A DNA stretch of 55,212 nucleotides from a virus, in the IMG/VR virus record IMGVR_UViG_3300046507_000356, positions 1 through 55,212 of that record. One strand, given 5' to 3'. The notes under the pieces are model-generated. The model ran no database searches. It was not told where the DNA came from and saw nothing but the letters and a program-made list of their open reading frames with translations. Positions 42,023-51,427 of the stretch are shown here, in pieces (positions within the stretch are counted from its first letter, which is position 1; the number at the start of each line of letters is the position of its first letter). Position numbers and translations under genes: made by a program.

Positions 42023-45000
42023 ATGACCGAAGAACGCCGCGTACAGCTTGTCGCCGAGGTGGACACGACCCGCACGCGCGCCGGGTTCACCGAGATTGGC
42101 CAGCAGGCCAACACGATGGCGCAGCAGGTGGCCCAGGCCGGCGACCGCGCCGAGCGAGCTGTCAACAACGTCGGCACGGGGGCATCGACGACGTCGCGCA
42201 ATGTCGACGCAGCGCAGCGCAACATCATCGCGGCTATTCAGCGCACGACCACCGCCATGGAAGCCGGCGGGCGCCAGACGGCGGCCTATTACGAACTGCT
42301 GGCGCGCCAGCGCGGCGTAGACCCGAGCGTGCTGTCGCCGTACATCGCGCAACTGCGTGCGGTGGAGCAAGCGCAGTCGCGCACCGCCGCCTCGGCCGGC
42401 GCGTCGGCAGGCCAGATCGCGGCGGCAATGCGCACTGTGCCGGCGCAGTTCACCGACATCGTGACGGCGCTGCAGGGCGGTCAGCAGCCGCTGACGGTGC
42501 TCCTGCAGCAGGGCGGCCAGCTGCGCGACCAGTTCGGCAGCGCAGGCACGGCCGCGCGCGCACTGGGCGGTTACGTACTTGGTCTGGTGAACCCATACAC
42601 TATTGCAGCCGGCGCGGTCGGCGTGCTGGCTCTCGCCTACAAGTCTGGGGCTGACGAGTCCGAGGCGTTCAGGCGCGCACTCATCTTGAGCGGCAACGCT
42701 GCTGGCGCCACGTCCGGCCAGCTTGAGGACATGCGGCGCAACGTGGCCGCGATCTCAGGCTCCCGGGATGCAGCAGCGGCGCTGGCGCAGCTCGTACAGA
42801 CCGCCCAGGTGCCGGCCGAGAGTCTTCAGCAATTCGCGATGCTGGCTGTTGATGTACAGCGTGTCCTCGGGCGCAGCGTCGAGGAGACGGTCGCTGAGTT
42901 TGAAAAGCTGGGCAAATCACCGCTTCAGGCGCTGAGTGCGATCGATGATAAGTACCACTTCATCAACGCATCGACGTACGCGCAGGTAAAGGCGCTGCAA
43001 GATCAGGGTAAGGCGACCGAGGCGGCGAACGTGGCCCAGCAGGCATATGCCGCTGGCGTGCAAGAGCAGAAGGACAAGGTCCTTGCCACGCTGAACAGCT
43101 GGGAGAAGGCTTGGCTCGGCTTGAAGATGTATGCGGCGGACGCGGCGAACGCGGTGGTCGACTTTGCGGGCGGCCGCGACACCAGCAACATGGAAAAGAT
43201 CAACGCGCTGCTGAAGGAGCGCGATGGTATCGAGGCTGACCGGGCGCGAGCGCAGGCGCGTGGGTTAGCCGCCGACGTTGCGGCATACGATGCGCAGCTC
43301 GACGCAAACAAGCGTGCGATTAATGCTATCCGGGACCGTGGCGACGCAGAGAAGGCTCGCGCAAAGGCCGAGGCCGATGCTCAGAAGGTCGACGACGCGC
43401 GAAAGCAGTGGCTGAAGGACGGAGAGCAGTACCTGACTCGCCAGGCGCAGCTGGAGCGTGATGTCACGAAGGCGCGCAACGAGGGGGCGACCGCCGGTCT
43501 GTCTTCGACCGAGATCGAAAAGCGCGTCGCTGATATCCGTAAGTCGTATGCGGACATCTTCAACGCCGGCATCGACTCAAATATCGAGGCATTGAAGCGG
43601 CGCGACCAAGTTGCCGACGTGCTCGAGCAGCGTGAGATTGCCCGTATCGCCGCTGCGCGCGCCGCGGGCAGCATGATGGAAGACGATGCAATCAATGCCA
43701 CGGCTTCGACGGAGCTTGCAGCGTTCGGACGGAAGCGAGCCCTACTGGAGGCTGAGCTCGACCTTACCAAGAAAAAGGCGAACAGCGTCAAGGAACAGGC
43801 CGACTTGGAAGGCCAAATCGCGGTGTTGGATGAGCAGCGCAAGAGCCGATCCTTTCAGCTGACAAACGACCTATTCGCGGCCGAGCAGAAGCGTTATCGC
43901 CAAGCCGTGAATAATTCGGCCGATGCCATCGAGAGGGAAATGGCGGAACTGGCCGGCCTGCGGCAGCAAACGCAGGCGCAGTACGATTACAACGACGCGA
44001 TCGGTCTCAGCCAGAAGCAGGTCGCCGCGTTGACCGCGGCTCACCTGGAAGAGGCGGCGGCCAGGAAAGACGCCGAGGCGAATATTGCCGAGGGACTCGA
44101 TCTTACCGGTGAGCGCGCGGCGCGGATTCGCGACGAGGCTGCGGCGATTCGTGAGCGTGCCGCCGCCCTGCTCGATGGAGCGGAGAAGCAGCAACGGTAC
44201 GACAACTGGAAGCAGGCCGTCGACCAGTACGGCCAGGTGTTCCAGCAGGGCTTCGCCGACATGCTGAACAACGGCAATGCTGGCTGGCAGTCGTTCACGA
44301 AGTCGCTCGTCAGCACTTTCAAGACGTCGGTCGCCGACCAGATCTATAAGATGTTCGCACGGCCGATCATCGTGCAGTTGGTCGGTAGCTACCTCGGCGT
44401 CAGCCAAACGGCGATCGCCGGCGAGATCGCGAGCCAGCCTAACGGTTATGGGATCACAGCCGGCAGCGGCCCAATCGGCGCAGCGCAGGCAGCATCTAGC
44501 CTGTACAGCACCGTTACAGGCGGAATGACGCTAGCCGGCGGCCTCGGAACTGGCTTCATGGGTAGCCTGGCGGGTGGCCTCACTGGCGCCGGCGCTGGCT
44601 CTGGCCTGACGTCCTCGCTCGGTCTGTCCATCGGCAACGGCATTCTTGACGTGGTGGGCCCGGGCATTTCGAGCGCGCTGGCATCGGGCATGGGTGCAAT
44701 CGCTACTGCGTTGCCGTGGGTTGGTGGCGCCGTGGCGGTGGCATCGCTATGGAAATCGGCGTTTGGCCACGGTGATACGGAAGTGCAGGGCCAGGGCATC
44801 CGCGGGACGTTGTCGGCGTCCGGGGTGAGCGGGCAGAGCTACCAGAACCTGCATCAGGATGGAGGGTGGTTTAGCAGCGACCGGGACTGGGAGAAGGCGA
44901 CGGACTTCACCGGCGCCATGTCTAAGCAGTTCACCAACGGTCTGCAGTCCATGGAGACCGCTGCTGCCGGCTTTGCTTCGTCGCTGGGTGTGTCGGCCGA

Positions 45001-46948
45001 CTGGGTCACAACGTACAGCAAGACGTTTGACCTCGCGCTCACCGGCGACGCCACGAAGGACCAGCAGATCATCACCGACTTCTTTACCGGAGTCGGTGAC
45101 GAGATCGCCAACAAGCTCGTGCCGAACCTGACCGACTTCGCGAAGTCTGGCGAGGCCGCATCCGCGACGCTCGAGCGCCTGGCCGGCGACTTCAAAGGGA
45201 CGGATCAGATCGCGCAGCTGCTCGGGCGATCGGCCTCTACGCTGTTCGGTGCCACCGGTATCGAGTCTGCCAAGGCACGTGAGAGCCTGATTGATTTCGC
45301 CGGCGGACTCTCGACGTTGAGCTCGGAAGCTTCGTTCTTCAACCAGAACTTCTTGACCGACGCCGAGCGAATCAAGCCCGTTGCCGAAGCGCTCGACAAG
45401 GCGCTGGGCAGCCTGGGCTTGGACACAATCCCGACGACCCGGGACCAGTTCAAGTCCCTGATCAACAGCCTAATTGACTCAGGCGCGGCCGCAACCGATG
45501 CCGGTGCCAAGCAACTGAGTTCGCTGCTTGCCTTGGGGGAGGCGTTCGCCCAGGTGCACCCAGATGAAACTGCCGCGGCGGCTGAGAGGGCGGCCAAGGT
45601 GCTGCAGGAGCGACAGGGGCTGCAGGAGGAGTATGACCAACTCACGAAGACCTCGGCGCAACTTCTGGGCAAGCAGCGTGATGCCCTGGAAGACAGCAAT
45701 AAGGAACTGTTCGATCAGATTCAGGCGCTGAAAGATCAGGCGTCGGCGATTCAGTCCATGAAGGATGCGGCATCGACGTTGCTGGGCGGGGTGGACAACG
45801 CGTTTTCTGCTCTGCAAAAGGTTGTCGCGCGCGAGAAGGCAGCGGTTCAGGCGAGCGTCACCACGCAGACCGCAGTCGTGACCAAGCTGCAAACCCTGTC
45901 CCAAGCACTGCGCAGCACGCTGGACAGCCTGAAGTCTCCGGACCAGAAGGCGGCCGAGCGGGCGAGTGCCCAGGCGCAGATCCGCGCGGCGCTGGCGATC
46001 GCGAAAGCTGGCGGCGCTCTGCCGTCGGCCGACAGTCTCAAGAATGCCTTGAGCGCTGTTGCCGATAACTCTTCGGACCAGTTCGCGACGTATCAGGACT
46101 ACCTTCGCGACCTGTACCAGACGCAGAACGATATCTCTGCCCTCGCAGGCATCACGGACGATCAGCTGTCAGTCGCGGAGAAGTCGCTCGACGTCCTTCA
46201 AGACCAGCTTTCGAGTCTGGACGACCAACTCGCGGCAGCACAGGATCAGGTCGACATCCTCAAGGGGATCGATACCAATGGCCTGAGCCTGCTCGATGCG
46301 ATGCGTGGGCTGACCACGGCGATCCTCCAGGCGCAGAGCAATCCGATCGTCGGTGCAACGGGTGCGATCAACGGGGCCTACCAGCAGTACCTGGGTCGTA
46401 CGCCAGATGCACCCGGCCTGGAGTGGTGGCAGAACGCTGCGGCCAATGGCGCGCCCGTCTCGCAGATCGTCGACGGCATCAAGGGCTCGACCGAAGCAAC
46501 ACTCAACACGCTCTATCGGCAGTACTTGGGGCGGGTGCCGGATGCTGACGGCCTGGCGTTCTGGATGAGGAACTACGGTTCGACTATGGATGAGACCGAA
46601 AAGGCCGACTGGTTGAAGGCGGCCCAGAAAGACCCGGGCTACAAGATTCCGGGCTTCGCCACTGGCGGTGATTTTGCCGGCGGGTTGCGTTGGGTCGGTG
46701 AAGTTGGTCCTGAGGTCGAGGCGACCGGCGCCGCGCGGATTCATAGCACAAGGGCGTTGGTCGACGCGTTGCGCAGCCCGTCCGGTAATGCGGACGCGCT
46801 GGCGGCTGCGGTCGACAGACTTCAGGCTACGGTGGCTCAACAAAGGCAGGTCATTGAGCGCATGGCGAGCGATATGGAAAAAATGGCGGGCACGCTCAAC
46901 GGAGCCAGTGTCAATGGTGGTGTTCTTCGCGTAAAGGTGATCAATTGA
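42023..46948 (+). CDS. Tail tape measure protein (1641 aa) with two DUF4214-like motifs near the C-terminus
   Basis: Size, coiled-coil/Gly-rich composition, position; YQQYLGRTPDAPGLEWW and YRQYLGRVPDADGLAFW. Confidence 0.9.
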   Translation: MTEERRVQLVAEVDTTRTRAGFTEIGQQANTMAQQVAQAGDRAERAVNNVGTGASTTSRNVDAAQRNIIAAIQRTTTAMEAGGRQTAAYYELLARQRGVDPSVLSPYIAQLRAVEQAQSRTAASAGASAGQIAAAMRTVPAQFTDIVTALQGGQQPLTVLLQQGGQLRDQFGSAGTAARALGGYVLGLVNPYTIAAGAVGVLALAYKSGADESEAFRRALILSGNAAGATSGQLEDMRRNVAAISGSRDAAAALAQLVQTAQVPAESLQQFAMLAVDVQRVLGRSVEETVAEFEKLGKSPLQALSAIDDKYHFINASTYAQVKALQDQGKATEAANVAQQAYAAGVQEQKDKVLATLNSWEKAWLGLKMYAADAANAVVDFAGGRDTSNMEKINALLKERDGIEADRARAQARGLAADVAAYDAQLDANKRAINAIRDRGDAEKARAKAEADAQKVDDARKQWLKDGEQYLTRQAQLERDVTKARNEGATAGLSSTEIEKRVADIRKSYADIFNAGIDSNIEALKRRDQVADVLEQREIARIAAARAAGSMMEDDAINATASTELAAFGRKRALLEAELDLTKKKANSVKEQADLEGQIAVLDEQRKSRSFQLTNDLFAAEQKRYRQAVNNSADAIEREMAELAGLRQQTQAQYDYNDAIGLSQKQVAALTAAHLEEAAARKDAEANIAEGLDLTGERAARIRDEAAAIRERAAALLDGAEKQQRYDNWKQAVDQYGQVFQQGFADMLNNGNAGWQSFTKSLVSTFKTSVADQIYKMFARPIIVQLVGSYLGVSQTAIAGEIASQPNGYGITAGSGPIGAAQAASSLYSTVTGGMTLAGGLGTGFMGSLAGGLTGAGAGSGLTSSLGLSIGNGILDVVGPGISSALASGMGAIATALPWVGGAVAVASLWKSAFGHGDTEVQGQGIRGTLSASGVSGQSYQNLHQDGGWFSSDRDWEKATDFTGAMSKQFTNGLQSMETAAAGFASSLGVSADWVTTYSKTFDLALTGDATKDQQIITDFFTGVGDEIANKLVPNLTDFAKSGEAASATLERLAGDFKGTDQIAQLLGRSASTLFGATGIESAKARESLIDFAGGLSTLSSEASFFNQNFLTDAERIKPVAEALDKALGSLGLDTIPTTRDQFKSLINSLIDSGAAATDAGAKQLSSLLALGEAFAQVHPDETAAAAERAAKVLQERQGLQEEYDQLTKTSAQLLGKQRDALEDSNKELFDQIQALKDQASAIQSMKDAASTLLGGVDNAFSALQKVVAREKAAVQASVTTQTAVVTKLQTLSQALRSTLDSLKSPDQKAAERASAQAQIRAALAIAKAGGALPSADSLKNALSAVADNSSDQFATYQDYLRDLYQTQNDISALAGITDDQLSVAEKSLDVLQDQLSSLDDQLAAAQDQVDILKGIDTNGLSLLDAMRGLTTAILQAQSNPIVGATGAINGAYQQYLGRTPDAPGLEWWQNAAANGAPVSQIVDGIKGSTEATLNTLYRQYLGRVPDADGLAFWMRNYGSTMDETEKADWLKAAQKDPGYKIPGFATGGDFAGGLRWVGEVGPEVEATGAARIHSTRALVDALRSPSGNADALAAAVDRLQATVAQQRQVIERMASDMEKMAGTLNGASVNGGVLRVKVIN

Positions 46949-47868
46949 GCGACATGCTATGTGTTCTCGCGCCGAGGACGATCACGCCGGACATGCTGGT
47001 CAGCAGTACGGCCGTCGAAACGGAGTATCCCGCCTGGACGTCTGGCGCGACATTTGCCAACGGCGCGTTCTGCGTCAGCACGACCACGCATCGGGTCTAC
47101 CAAAGCCAGATCGACGGCAACATTGGGAAAGACCCAACTGATCCACTGAACCGGGCGGGCTCCACGGTGTACTGGCTGGACTACGGCCCGACCAACAGGT
47201 GGGCTATGTTCGACAACAAGGTGAGCACGCAAACGGCATTGCCATCCCCGCTGACCGTCGTGCTGCGCCCAGGCGCGTTCTCGGCGTCATATCTGGTCGG
47301 TCTTGATGCTGAGACCGTGTCACTTACCATTCGTGACGCCCCGGGAGGCAACGTCATTTATACCTACAGCGGCAGTCTCGAGGCCAGCGCGCCGGCGGAC
47401 TACGACGAGTACTTCTTCGATCCGTTTTCGCCTGTGACCGACCTGCTGCTAACGGGGATCGGTCAGTACACCGCCGGCGAAGTCACGATGACGCTGGCGA
47501 AGGCAAGCGGAACCGTGAAATGCGGCTCGTTTGCTCTGGGCGATATTCGGGAGCTAGGCCATGCCCTTGCGGATGCCGAGGCGGAGCCGGTCTCGTTCAG
47601 CTACGTCGATATCGATCGCTGGGGAAACTCCACGATCGTGCCCGGGCCGAAGTGCACGAACCTTGCTGTCTCGGCCGTCACGGAAAGCCGCGAGCAGGGC
47701 CGCGTGGCACAAGCTGTCGTCGCATCGCTCCTGGACGTCGCCGCATTCTGGTTCTGTTCGGATCGCCAGGACACCGCAGGTCTACGGGCATTCGGCCTGG
47801 GTAGCGGGAAATTTTCATACCGCGCGGATCGCTGCAATATTTCGATTACAGTAAAGGGACTCATCTGA
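46945..47868 (+). CDS. Tail tip protein candidate (307 aa; alternative ATG 46954)
   Basis: Immediately downstream of the tape measure, overlapping its stop. Confidence 0.7.
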   Translation: MSDMLCVLAPRTITPDMLVSSTAVETEYPAWTSGATFANGAFCVSTTTHRVYQSQIDGNIGKDPTDPLNRAGSTVYWLDYGPTNRWAMFDNKVSTQTALPSPLTVVLRPGAFSASYLVGLDAETVSLTIRDAPGGNVIYTYSGSLEASAPADYDEYFFDPFSPVTDLLLTGIGQYTAGEVTMTLAKASGTVKCGSFALGDIRELGHALADAEAEPVSFSYVDIDRWGNSTIVPGPKCTNLAVSAVTESREQGRVAQAVVASLLDVAAFWFCSDRQDTAGLRAFGLGSGKFSYRADRCNISITVKGLI

Positions 47869-48884
47869 TGGCACTTTCATATCCCCCGAGTGCACCGCAG
47901 CGCGGCGACCGGACCACGTTTGCGGCGCGCGTCGACGCGTTTATCACTTGGCTGATCGGCTTCGTCAGTGAGTTGATTGCCGTCGTCGCCAACCTGAACT
48001 CCATCGCCGCCGGCGGAGCGTACTCCATCCAGTACACCTACCGCAGCAGTTCGAGCTTTGTCGGCAGCGCTACCGGCGGCATCCTGGCGATTAAGGCTGC
48101 GTCCATCCAGCTCGATACTAAGAGCCTGGGCGGCGCCTCCGTGGCGGCTCTGCTCAGTGCAACAGGTGATTCCACGAGCACGTTGAAGGGATTCATTCGA
48201 CTACAAAAGGTCAATGACACATCAAAATGGGCGGTTTACAGCGTGACATCGTATGCGCAGGGTGGGTCAGGCCTGTACGGTGACATCTTCGGGACACTGG
48301 TCAACAGTAGTACCGGCAGCAATCCCTTTTCTGATGGTGAATCGGTAATGCTGTTCTTCGACCGCACAGGCGACAAGGGCGACACGAACTCCGGGGTCCC
48401 CACGCTGCATTTGCGCGAGGAGCGGGCGAGCGGTACAGGAAGCACGACCCCCACGAACCTAAGCGCAGGTGTCTACCGGCGCCCCCTCAACGCGACCAAG
48501 GTGAACACGGTAACAGGGGCGTCGCTTGCAAGCGATCAATTCGTCCTCCCGATCGGCACGTACGACATCACTGCCGAGAGCCTGAGTCTCGTCAGCACGG
48601 GCACGACCAACTTAAAGTACTGGCATAAGATGGCTCTCTACAATGTCACGGATGGCGTGTACGTCGTCATCGGACAGAACGGCCTTAGCCACGACGCGGC
48701 GAACGCGGGGAATTACGTGCAGATGACGCCGCCGACCCTGCTCGGCACGTTCTCCGTAAGCGGGGGGGCGAAAACGTTTGAGCTGCGCCACCTGACGCCC
48801 AACGCCGTCATGAGCAGCGCACCGGCCGCCACCGCTGGTCAAGTGGAAGTCTATACCGACCTCATCATCAGAAAGACATCGTAA
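47868..48884 (+). CDS. Tail fibre / receptor-binding protein candidate (338 aa)
   Basis: Ser/Thr/Gly-rich, position; TGATG overlap. Confidence 0.7.
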   Translation: MALSYPPSAPQRGDRTTFAARVDAFITWLIGFVSELIAVVANLNSIAAGGAYSIQYTYRSSSSFVGSATGGILAIKAASIQLDTKSLGGASVAALLSATGDSTSTLKGFIRLQKVNDTSKWAVYSVTSYAQGGSGLYGDIFGTLVNSSTGSNPFSDGESVMLFFDRTGDKGDTNSGVPTLHLREERASGTGSTTPTNLSAGVYRRPLNATKVNTVTGASLASDQFVLPIGTYDITAESLSLVSTGTTNLKYWHKMALYNVTDGVYVVIGQNGLSHDAANAGNYVQMTPPTLLGTFSVSGGAKTFELRHLTPNAVMSSAPAATAGQVEVYTDLIIRKTS

Positions 48885-49372
48885 TGGATGACATGAATGC
48901 CCCACAGCCCGCGCGCTACGTAACATACCTCGCCGACGGTGTGCTCGACGGCTGTTATCTGCAGGTCCCGCCCGAGGAGCACGCCGCGCGCATGATCGCT
49001 GTCGATGAGGCCACGGGCGCCGAATGGGTCCACTACCGAGCCAACACCGCGCGGGACGGCGTTGAGTTGCTGCCGGCAGTGCCTCCGCCAGCGCCGACAC
49101 TGCCCCAAGTCCCTGATTATGTCACTGCGGTGCAGGCGATGCTTGACGCCAAAGCGCGTGAGCGGCTCTATGACAGCATCCTCTCGGCGTGTACCTACGT
49201 GACGTCGACTCAAGCCAAGTTTCAGGCCGAAGGACAGGCATGCGTTGCCTGGCGCGATGCCGTCTGGTCCAAGTGCTATGAGCTGATGACCGACGTCGAT
49301 TCGGGGGGGCTCGAACAGCCGACGATCGAAGAGTTGCTCGCCATGCTCCCGACAATGGAGTGGCCGGAATGA
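48884..49372 (+). CDS. Hypothetical protein (162 aa), possibly fibre-associated
   Basis: TAATG overlap with the fibre gene. Confidence 0.65.
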   Translation: MDDMNAPQPARYVTYLADGVLDGCYLQVPPEEHAARMIAVDEATGAEWVHYRANTARDGVELLPAVPPPAPTLPQVPDYVTAVQAMLDAKARERLYDSILSACTYVTSTQAKFQAEGQACVAWRDAVWSKCYELMTDVDSGGLEQPTIEELLAMLPTMEWPE

Positions 49373-49599
49373 GCCACGTGTTCGAGGTTCTCGTCGCGCT
49401 CGACCAGTTGGCGAATGCGATCCTCGGCGGATGGGCGGATGAAACAATTTCGGCGCGATGTCATCGGCTTCGCGATCACCAGCCCTACAAAGTGCTCAGG
49501 CCCGTCATTGACGGGCTTTTCTTTTTCCAGCCCAACCATTGCCAGCGCGCCTATGAGTCGGAACGGAAGCGCTCGCAGCTTCCGGCGGAGTACCGCTGA
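49369..49599 (+). CDS. Hypothetical protein (76 aa)
   Basis: ATGA overlap; MSHVFEVLVALDQLANAILGG... Confidence 0.55.
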   Translation: MSHVFEVLVALDQLANAILGGWADETISARCHRLRDHQPYKVLRPVIDGLFFFQPNHCQRAYESERKRSQLPAEYR

Positions 49600-49667
49600 T
49601 GCCTCAGCCAGATCATCCCAATCTGCCCGCCAGCGCGGGTTTTTTTACGCCTAACGGAAAGGCACAC

Positions 49668-49871
49668 ATGACTCAAGTAACCGCGCCCGAGGCAGGCAGC
49701 TACGCTGGCGCCGTCGTGGCAATCGTCGCATCGCTGACCCTGACGCAGTGGGGCATCATCGTCGGCATTTTTACCGCGCTCGCCACGTTCTTCCTGAACG
49801 CGTTCTACATGCGCAGACGCGATCAGCGCGAACAGCGCGAGAGCGATGCGCGCCTGGGAGAGATGAAATGA
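49668..49871 (+). CDS. Holin candidate (67 aa, two TM segments)
   Basis: GAVVAIVASLTLTQWGIIVGIFTALATFFLNAF followed by a charged tail; GGAAAGG RBS. Confidence 0.65.
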   Translation: MTQVTAPEAGSYAGAVVAIVASLTLTQWGIIVGIFTALATFFLNAFYMRRRDQREQRESDARLGEMK

Positions 49872-50122
49872 TCGCCCGGGCTAAGGCAAGCCTGCAGATG
49901 GCCGGGAAATACGTCTGGGCAGTGCTGCTGGTCCTGTACCCATTCGCTGACCAGATCATCGCCACGATCGAAACCTGGCTGCCTGCGTTGGCGCCGCATC
50001 TAGGCGCGAACACTTTCCGCTACATGGGCCTGATCATCGTAGGAGCCAAGGTCGGCCTGCAGGTGTATCGCGGATGGATGCAGGTCGAAGCACTGCTCAC
50101 GAAGAAAGACGGGGGTGTGTGA
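49868..50122 (+). CDS. Second holin/antiholin-like membrane protein (84 aa)
   Basis: Hydrophobic segments; ATGA overlap with the holin. Confidence 0.6.
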   Translation: MIARAKASLQMAGKYVWAVLLVLYPFADQIIATIETWLPALAPHLGANTFRYMGLIIVGAKVGLQVYRGWMQVEALLTKKDGGV

Positions 50123-50123
50123 T

Positions 50124-50615
50124 ATGGCGGCCGAACAGACCAAGACGCCGCGCCGCGGCCTACTGGCCGTTGTCGGCGCCGTCGCCGCGACAGTGCTGCT
50201 GGCGTTCACGCCGGTGCAAGAGGGAAGGGTACTCAAGACCTACCGCGACATCGGCGGCGTACTCACGTACTGCGACGGCGCGACTGAGAACGCCCAGGCC
50301 GGCAAAACATACACACCGGCCGAGTGCGACGCCCAACTGGATCGCGACCTGGAGCGGCACGCCGCCGGCATCGCGAAGTGCGTACCGATGGCCCGCCTCA
50401 CCGACGGACAGAAGGTGGCCTTCGTCGATGCGGCTTTCAACATCGGTGTGCCAGCGTTCTGCGGCTCAAGCATGGCGCGCCGGATCAACGCGGGCGACGT
50501 AGCCGGGGCATGTGAGGCGCTGCTGATGTGGAATAGAGCCGGCGGCCGGGAAGTTGCCGGCCTAACGAAGCGCCGTCAGCGGGAGCGAGAGCTCTGCCTG
50601 AAAGGACTGACATGA
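50124..50615 (+). CDS. SAR endolysin, GH24 lysozyme type
   Basis: N-terminal weakly hydrophobic GLLAVVGAVAATVLLAF; catalytic E-x8-D-x5-T (EGRVLKTYRDIGGVLT). Confidence 0.85.
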   Translation: MAAEQTKTPRRGLLAVVGAVAATVLLAFTPVQEGRVLKTYRDIGGVLTYCDGATENAQAGKTYTPAECDAQLDRDLERHAAGIAKCVPMARLTDGQKVAFVDAAFNIGVPAFCGSSMARRINAGDVAGACEALLMWNRAGGREVAGLTKRRQRERELCLKGLT

Positions 50616-51172
50616 TTTCCGCCTTACTTCTTCGCCTCGGCGTTCCGCGCTGGGTCGCGATCACGGCCCTGTGCATTCTTTCGGCCTGTGCCGCGCTGTG
50701 GTACCGCAGCCACCTTATCGACACTGGCATCGCCATGGAGTCGACCCGACGCGACGCGATCGACGTCGAGCGCGATCGGCAGGCGAGGGCAGAGCTCGAT
50801 GATGCCAACGCTCGTGTGCGCAATGCCCAAGCAAACCTCGACGGCGCCATTAACAGCATCGCCAAACTTCAATCGGAGCTCAACCATGAACAAGCCACTT
50901 CGGCTGCTCTGCAGTCTGACCTTGCTGCTGGCCGTCGTCGGCTGTCAGTCGCCATCTCCGGCACCTGCCGTCCTGCTCAAGCCGAACAAGCTCCAAGTCC
51001 CGGCGCTGCCGGCGTGGATCCGGGAGCCGCGGCTACAGCCGAACTTGACCCAGCGGCTGCCGCAGGTCTTGCTCGGCTCGTCGGAGAGGGAGACGCCGCG
51101 ATCGTCCGCCTCAACGCCTGCATCGCCGCCTACGCCGCCGTAGTCAAGGCGGTCGATATGGACTCACTGTAG
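50612..51172 (+). CDS. i-spanin (Rz-like)
   Basis: N-terminal TM, coiled-coil periplasmic domain; follows the endolysin. Confidence 0.75.
   Translation: MISALLLRLGVPRWVAITALCILSACAALWYRSHLIDTGIAMESTRRDAIDVERDRQARAELDDANARVRNAQANLDGAINSIAKLQSELNHEQATSAALQSDLAAGRRRLSVAISGTCRPAQAEQAPSPGAAGVDPGAAATAELDPAAAAGLARLVGEGDAAIVRLNACIAAYAAVVKAVDMDSL
50886..51143 (+). CDS. o-spanin (Rz1-like lipoprotein) embedded in the +1 frame of the i-spanin
   Basis: MNKPLRLLCSLTLLLAVVGC lipobox, Pro-rich mature part. Confidence 0.7.
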   Translation: MNKPLRLLCSLTLLLAVVGCQSPSPAPAVLLKPNKLQVPALPAWIREPRLQPNLTQRLPQVLLGSSERETPRSSASTPASPPTPP

Positions 51173-51333
51173 TGACGGCGCTGAATCGGGCTGTCGAGGA
51201 TCCGAAGCACAGTTTCCACCGGCAAGCCGTGGTCGAGTAAGACCACGGCGGCGCATTCCCGATAGCCAGGTTGGCAAAAGTTTAGTACCGCGTCGACATA
51301 CAGGGCGGTTAGTCGATCAGTTCTTCTTTCCAT
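51130..51333 (-). CDS. Hypothetical small protein (67 aa), divergent from the metallophosphoesterase gene
   Basis: ORF track; palindrome TTGACGAGCGTCAA (51367-51380) in the shared intergenic region. Confidence 0.4.
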   Translation of the reverse strand: MERRTDRLTALYVDAVLNFCQPGYRECAAVVLLDHGLPVETVLRILDSPIQRRHYSESISTALTTAA

Positions 51334-51427
51334 TCAGCAAATCTATCGCTACCGATACCCCATGTATTGACGAGCGTCAAGTTTAGTGACGGAAAGTAGT
51401 TGCACGAAGTTAAGTAGAAAGGCCAGT

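Noticed and set aside
42019-42654. Alternative-frame ORFs inside the tape measure gene (also 41313..41879 on the minus strand)
   Set aside because: They are Arg/Gly/Ala-rich frame shadows of a 1641-aa gene with clear tape-measure character.
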